Of a DNA stretch of 64,000 bases, positions 59,970-64,000 are shown one piece after another. This stretch comes from an uncultured Candidatus Saccharibacteria bacterium (lineage in GTDB: Bacteria > Patescibacteriota > WWE3 > UBA101185 > UBA10185). The notes beneath the pieces are model-generated. The model had not been told where the DNA came from. It searched no databases and was given only the letters and a program-made list of their open reading frames with translations. The stretch is taken from contig CAYLMU010000002.1 of assembly GCA_964385105.1 (NCBI GenBank), positions 186,583 to 250,582 on the forward strand, written 5' to 3'. Position 1 is the stretch's first letter; every line of letters begins with the position of its first letter. The position numbers and the translations under genes are program-made.

Positions 59970-60662
59970 ATGTATATGAAGTACGCATTAATCACAGGAT
60001 CCTCTAGTGGTATAGGTAAAGCCATTGCTTTGAGATTATCCAAAGAGGGTTATTTTATTTTTATTACGTATAAAGATAATGTAGAAGGTGCTAACAAAAC
60101 GTTGAAGTTAGTGAGAGAAACTTCTGATGGTAAGGTTATACAGCTTAATCTAATGAGTTCCACAAGTATTGAACAATGTTTCACAGAAGTAAGGGGCGTT
60201 ACAAAGTACTTGGATGTATTAGTTAATAATGCAGGAGTTACAGAGGATTTGGTTAACTTTTTTTCTTCTGGTTTTGAAGATATTGCACAAGTGGTAAATA
60301 CAAATATTACGGGGACATTTTTCTTAACCCAAAAATTAATACCATTACTAAAAGAAGCAAAATCCTCTTTCATAATTAACATCGGTTCTATTAAAGGAGA
60401 GATTGCAGGTAGTTCCACAATTGTTTATGGTGCTACAAAATCAGCTTTAATTAACTTTACAAAAACATTATCTAAAGTTTTACCTTCAAATATCAAAGTG
60501 GAAATATTAAATTTAGGGTATGTGAGAACAGAGAGATATGACAGTTTTAGTAAAGAGTCTTTAGACAATATGTTAGCTAAAATCCCAACTCATAAATTTA
60601 CTACTCCTGAAGAGGTTGCAATTAAAGTAAACAAGTTAATTGATGTTTTGAAATCTAGTTAA
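59970..60662 (+). CDS. Short-chain dehydrogenase/reductase (SDR) family oxidoreductase
   Basis: TGSSSGIG cofactor motif, NNAG, catalytic YGATKSAL (YxxxK); TATAAT at 59962-59967. Confidence 0.75.
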   Translation: MYMKYALITGSSSGIGKAIALRLSKEGYFIFITYKDNVEGANKTLKLVRETSDGKVIQLNLMSSTSIEQCFTEVRGVTKYLDVLVNNAGVTEDLVNFFSSGFEDIAQVVNTNITGTFFLTQKLIPLLKEAKSSFIINIGSIKGEIAGSSTIVYGATKSALINFTKTLSKVLPSNIKVEILNLGYVRTERYDSFSKESLDNMLAKIPTHKFTTPEEVAIKVNKLIDVLKSS

Positions 60663-60804
60663 CTGTCCTATACTCTGTTTCTCTAGGCTATATGGCTGGG
60701 GCTAGTTGATGATTTTGGAACTCCTGATTGGTTGGAATCAATAGAATTTCCTGAATTAGTTTACGCAGAAAGTTTAGTATTGGTTAATTCCTAAAGGAGG
60801 TTTT

Positions 60805-61158
60805 ATGTTATACAGGGGTGAATCAAAAACAGGTAGACCAACAGTAGTTGATACAAATGTTGTAAAAGTATTAGAGGATGTGCTAAAGGAAGGTGCGACC
60901 ATAACTCAAGCCTGTGATATAGCACAAATCAGCCGTCAGAGTTTCTACAACTATATGAAATCTGATGAGGGGTTTTTTTACAAAATGTCGGTTGCTAGAG
61001 AACATCTCAAACTTATAGCTTTGAAAAACATTGTTAAAAAGATTGAGGAAGGTGATGTGAAAACTTCTATGTGGTATTTGGAGAAATGGATTCCTTATGA
61101 AGTTCCTGCAAGAAGTAAGGAGGCTAGTGAGTTTTCTTTTGGTGTGATGGATTTATAA
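60805..61158 (+). CDS. Phage terminase small-subunit-like HTH protein
   Basis: GRPTVVDTNVVKVLEDVLKEGATITQACDIAQISRQSFYNYMKSDEGFFYKMSVARE matches the GRPTkyTpE...G.S...iC...G.s.sT...W....e.F..qY..Ar pattern of Terminase_2-type small subunits. A good RBS GGAGG lies 8 nt upstream. Confidence 0.45.
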   Translation: MLYRGESKTGRPTVVDTNVVKVLEDVLKEGATITQACDIAQISRQSFYNYMKSDEGFFYKMSVAREHLKLIALKNIVKKIEEGDVKTSMWYLEKWIPYEVPARSKEASEFSFGVMDL

Positions 61159-61908
61159 CTATATCAAATCGAAAATTTCTTTTTCTAAATCCATTAAGGT
61201 TGTTCTGATTTCTCTTAACTCGTTTACTACAGAATTTATGTTGTCGTCTTTACTTAGAATTGCTAGGAATTCGTTTGCTCTGTTAGGTATCTCTTTCCAT
61301 TCTAAGTGTTTTTTCAACTCATCATCGGAAATGTTTGCGAATAATTTAGCTTTCAAGTACATTACCATTCGGTTATCATTTGCAGCTATCATATTAGCTT
61401 TATGATGCTCGGCTCTTACAAACTGTCTTATAAGATTTTCCAATCTTTCACCCACAATGTATCCTTTTCTAACTTGCTTATATAACTCCCCGTATATTGT
61501 AGTTAATTTGTCTGTTGGAAAATAAGCGTTGTAATCGGTTATTGAGTTGAAGTTATCCTGGTAAACATCAAATAGAGGGTTTATATGTGAACCATCGAAG
61601 TAAAATTTATTATACCCAGATAAGTTCCATATTGAAGGTCCTCTCTGCTTTACATCTGAGACATCTAGCAATAATTTGTTCTTATAAAAAGATTTAGCTT
61701 TGTCTTTGCTTGCTTGATATTCATTAGATTCCTCTAAATAAAAGAAAACACCAGATACGATTACACCCAACACTCCACCTCCAATAACCTCGGCTATTAC
61801 AGTCTCTTTAAGTGATTGTGTTATTGGTAAACAAAGTACAACCAGGATTATGATTACACACAGAATTAGTATTACAAGTGATGATTTTAATGCTTTAGTT
61901 ATTTTCAT
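61159..61908 (-). CDS. Hypothetical protein with two N-terminal TM helices and a ~170-aa soluble domain
   Basis: ORF; TM helices LVILILCVIIILVVLCL and GVLGVIVSGVFFYL. Confidence 0.4.
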   Translation of the reverse strand: MKITKALKSSLVILILCVIIILVVLCLPITQSLKETVIAEVIGGGVLGVIVSGVFFYLEESNEYQASKDKAKSFYKNKLLLDVSDVKQRGPSIWNLSGYNKFYFDGSHINPLFDVYQDNFNSITDYNAYFPTDKLTTIYGELYKQVRKGYIVGERLENLIRQFVRAEHHKANMIAANDNRMVMYLKAKLFANISDDELKKHLEWKEIPNRANEFLAILSKDDNINSVVNELREIRTTLMDLEKEIFDLI

Positions 61909-61912
61909 TGTT

Positions 61913-62683
61913 TTAGCTTACTTTCCTTTGCTCAACTATCCTAAAACCATCAAAATAGGTTTTATCCCCCTTAAAAATAGCTTTATATTTATTTCCTGCT
62001 GTATCTTTGTATTTGCATTTGATTTCAAGAACATCCGTCTCAATGCAGGATGCAAGCCAAGTTCTCATATGGTTGATGTTATCTTGCATATTATCTGTGT
62101 TATTTTCCTTTGCTAGTTCGTCAGCTTTAACAAATGATGTGCCTTCTGGTGTCATAATTGGTCTGGTCATAATTTTAATTGGATTCATTGGACCTCCACT
62201 ACTTATGTTTATAGTTTCGAACTCTACATCTACAGCACTTCCTCTACCGTGATTTTTAATTTTAATAACATTACTTCCATCTTTTGATGGATTGTTCATA
62301 AATTGCAAGCGTAAATAAGGTCCAACCTCGTATTCAAATAGCTTTCTGGACTCCACAATTTGTTTATTTGCGATTTTCTTTTGGTCAAATGTTTCCCTTG
62401 CGACCCATAAAGCACCTACCCAAGTGAGGTATAGCAACACAATTGTTAATAAATCAGCGAAATTACTACCAAAACTGCTAACATCAAACCCGTCTTTTGA
62501 CTGTTTGTACAAGAGGTATACGGTACTTCCAATAAAGACAGTAACGCCAATGCTGGAAAGTATTTTTACCAATTTTCGGTAATTTTTTGAGGATTCCATA
62601 GCATCAAAAAGTCTATAACCAGTAATAACCTTTATTAGCGAGATTATTTTATCTCCAATTATCTTAAATAGTTTTTTAATCAT
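61913..62683 (-). CDS. Hypothetical protein with two TM helices and a beta-rich soluble domain
   Basis: ORF; 4-nt spacing to the downstream gene suggests an operon with 61159..61908. Confidence 0.4.
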   Translation of the reverse strand: MIKKLFKIIGDKIISLIKVITGYRLFDAMESSKNYRKLVKILSSIGVTVFIGSTVYLLYKQSKDGFDVSSFGSNFADLLTIVLLYLTWVGALWVARETFDQKKIANKQIVESRKLFEYEVGPYLRLQFMNNPSKDGSNVIKIKNHGRGSAVDVEFETINISSGGPMNPIKIMTRPIMTPEGTSFVKADELAKENNTDNMQDNINHMRTWLASCIETDVLEIKCKYKDTAGNKYKAIFKGDKTYFDGFRIVEQRKVS

Positions 62684-62811
62684 TTTGTATATTATATCAA
62701 TAGATACTGTGGTTGTAAGATTTACTATGTTTGTTGAATGATTTTATGAACTACAGAACAAGTTAAAATCTTGATATTTATAATCCTAGTGTTTTTAAAA
62801 ATAGTGTCTGC

Positions 62812-63573
62812 TTAATTACAACTTGCAGCCATAGATTGTACTGCTGTTGCGTAATCTCTAAATTCCTTGTTATTCTTTGTTAAACTTGTGATGTACGCCT
62901 CTGCCTCTTTCTTATCTGCAGGCATACCCTTAACCAAATTGTTTATTTCCATAAAACCGTCAACGCCGTATCTGTCTATTATTTTTTCAAACATACACTC
63001 ACAATGTTTTTTTGTATCTCCCCCATAAACACAACCTTCTATATAACCCGCCCTTAAGTCACTCTCACTCATACCTGTTTTTGTCTGTTCAATTTCACCA
63101 AACACAGAAGTTGACAGAACAGATAAAACAATGATTAGTAAAATATAAACAGCGCTTAACTTTGCGTTTCTCTTTGTATTAGCCTTTGTATCTCTTTCTT
63201 TTTTATCCTTCTTTAAGTCTTTAGCAAATATGTATAAGACAATACCCGATGGTGCAAAACTAAAAAATGTAGTTATAGCAGGTATAGTGAAACCCAGTAC
63301 CACCCACAGACCTTCTACAAATATCACTCGGACTAAACTTGAAAGGATAATTGCTGATATGAGTAAGACAGCACCGACTACAAAACCAACTATTTTTGGC
63401 ACTATAGTACTATCTGTATTTTTCTTTTTCTCCATTGTTTTGGACATACTAGTAGGCTCTTTTGAGCCCAATATACTAGCTTTTTCCTTGTTAAACTCCT
63501 CCTCAGTCAAAATACCCTTTTCTTTTAGTTCGGATATTCTTTCTAGCTCGGTGTATTTATTTTTTATTTCCAT
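62812..63573 (-). CDS. SHOCT-domain membrane protein
   Basis: N-terminal LERISELKEKGILTEEEFNKEKASIL is the SHOCT motif; then about 4 TM helices and a Cys-containing C-terminal domain. Confidence 0.5.
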   Translation of the reverse strand: MEIKNKYTELERISELKEKGILTEEEFNKEKASILGSKEPTSMSKTMEKKKNTDSTIVPKIVGFVVGAVLLISAIILSSLVRVIFVEGLWVVLGFTIPAITTFFSFAPSGIVLYIFAKDLKKDKKERDTKANTKRNAKLSAVYILLIIVLSVLSTSVFGEIEQTKTGMSESDLRAGYIEGCVYGGDTKKHCECMFEKIIDRYGVDGFMEINNLVKGMPADKKEAEAYITSLTKNNKEFRDYATAVQSMAASCN

Positions 63574-63696
63574 ACTTCAACACTTTCGTTAGATAGTCGC
63601 TCTTGGGTTAATACAGATATTTGTTTCATAAATAAATTATACCAGTGTGTAAGTAATAGGGCATTATCTTATAATGAATCTAGATTGAAATTGATA

Positions 63697-64000
63697 TGGC
63701 TATTAAAACAGATAAAAAAATTGATAAATATGTTAACCCAAACAATGTAAATTGTGCCTATTTTATTTTGCTAAAAGAGTTTGAGACATTTAAAAAGATT
63801 GCACAGGAGGGTAATGAAATTAAGGACACGGTTCCTCGTAAAAAACTTTATTCAGACAAAGTTACTACTGTGTTATCCAAGTACTTCAAGCCAGTTATAC
63901 CCTACTGGGTGAGTACATTTATAACCTTTGTAGAAACAAAAGAACTAAAAATTCAACCGAATGATGCCTACTTGCGTATAGACCCTCAAACAAAAGAAAT
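63697..64000 (+). CDS. Hypothetical protein, 5' part only (runs off window end)
   Basis: ATG at 63697 preceded by TATAAT (63671-63676); open frame of 100+ codons to the window end; no motif recognised. Confidence 0.4.

Noticed and set aside
1-64000. CRISPR array or other regularly spaced direct repeats
   Set aside because: No series of 25-40-bp repeats with uniform spacers was seen anywhere; the only repeats are the three dispersed intergenic elements and the paralog pair.
1-64000. Stop-codon reassignment (e.g. genetic code 25/4) as an explanation for the in-frame TAA at 48665 or the frameshifts
   Set aside because: TAA, TAG and TGA all terminate well-supported genes at positions that match homolog C-termini (e.g. 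copA ends TAA, GIY-YIG ends TAA). The disruptions are isolated events, not systematic.

Overview
This is a gene-dense, AT-rich bacterial chromosomal window (GC roughly 30% by eye, not computed) with about 70 protein-coding genes and no rRNA, tRNA or CRISPR array. The protein repertoire suggests an uncultivated small-genome lineage (Patescibacteria/CPR-like), but that is inference only. Notable features: an Elp3-type radical-SAM/GNAT enzyme, many glycosyltransferases, a cupredoxin, three sensor histidine kinases with no response regulator, and at least four decayed genes.

Layout, left to right:
- 1-3.3 kb, all minus strand: a partial class A penicillin-binding protein, a stand-alone LigD-type primase-polymerase domain, a DnaQ-exonuclease/GIY-YIG (Cho/UvrC-like) fusion, and an independently expressed 67-aa hyper-acidic protein with a perfect Shine-Dalgarno and its own GC hairpin terminator.
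- 3.4-8.9 kb: a SIMPL-domain protein, a methyltransferase, Elp3, a frameshifted metzincin with a coiled-coil insert, a ZIP transporter and a cytidylyltransferase.
- 9-22 kb: three sensor histidine kinases with no response regulator; a copper island (HMA-membrane protein, csoR-copA with a textbook CsoR operator, a cupredoxin); a Ddl-like ATP-grasp enzyme coupled to a C39-like papain-fold peptidase, with a second C39-TPR protein nearby; and an N-acetylmuramoyl-L-alanine amidase.
- 22-33 kb: housekeeping genes (FemAB-like, HD-domain, DEAD-box helicase, TypA/BipA, alpha/beta hydrolase, LUD-domain, a YgjP/GIY-YIG overlap pair), plus a SET-domain protein and a membrane FNR-like reductase.
- 33.5-34.0 kb: remnants of an ABC transporter, followed by a CPHC/CPLC thiol-disulfide pair.
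- 41-47 kb: a glycan cluster (methyltransferase-GT2 fusion, GT-C, methyltransferase, ManC-like).
- 48.2-52.9 kb: the most unusual locus. Two diverged paralogous genes, one with a nonsense codon, contain a 184-bp tract of 100% identity. They flank a three-gene cassette of unknown function (a 374-aa unknown protein, an APH-like kinase and a PRTase-like protein) and a modular ~50-bp intergenic repeat.
- 53-59 kb: a second glycan island with a sulfotransferase-like gene, four GT4 genes and a frameshifted hypothetical.
- 60.8-63.6 kb: a phage terminase-small-subunit-like HTH gene followed by three uncharacterised membrane proteins, one with a SHOCT domain.
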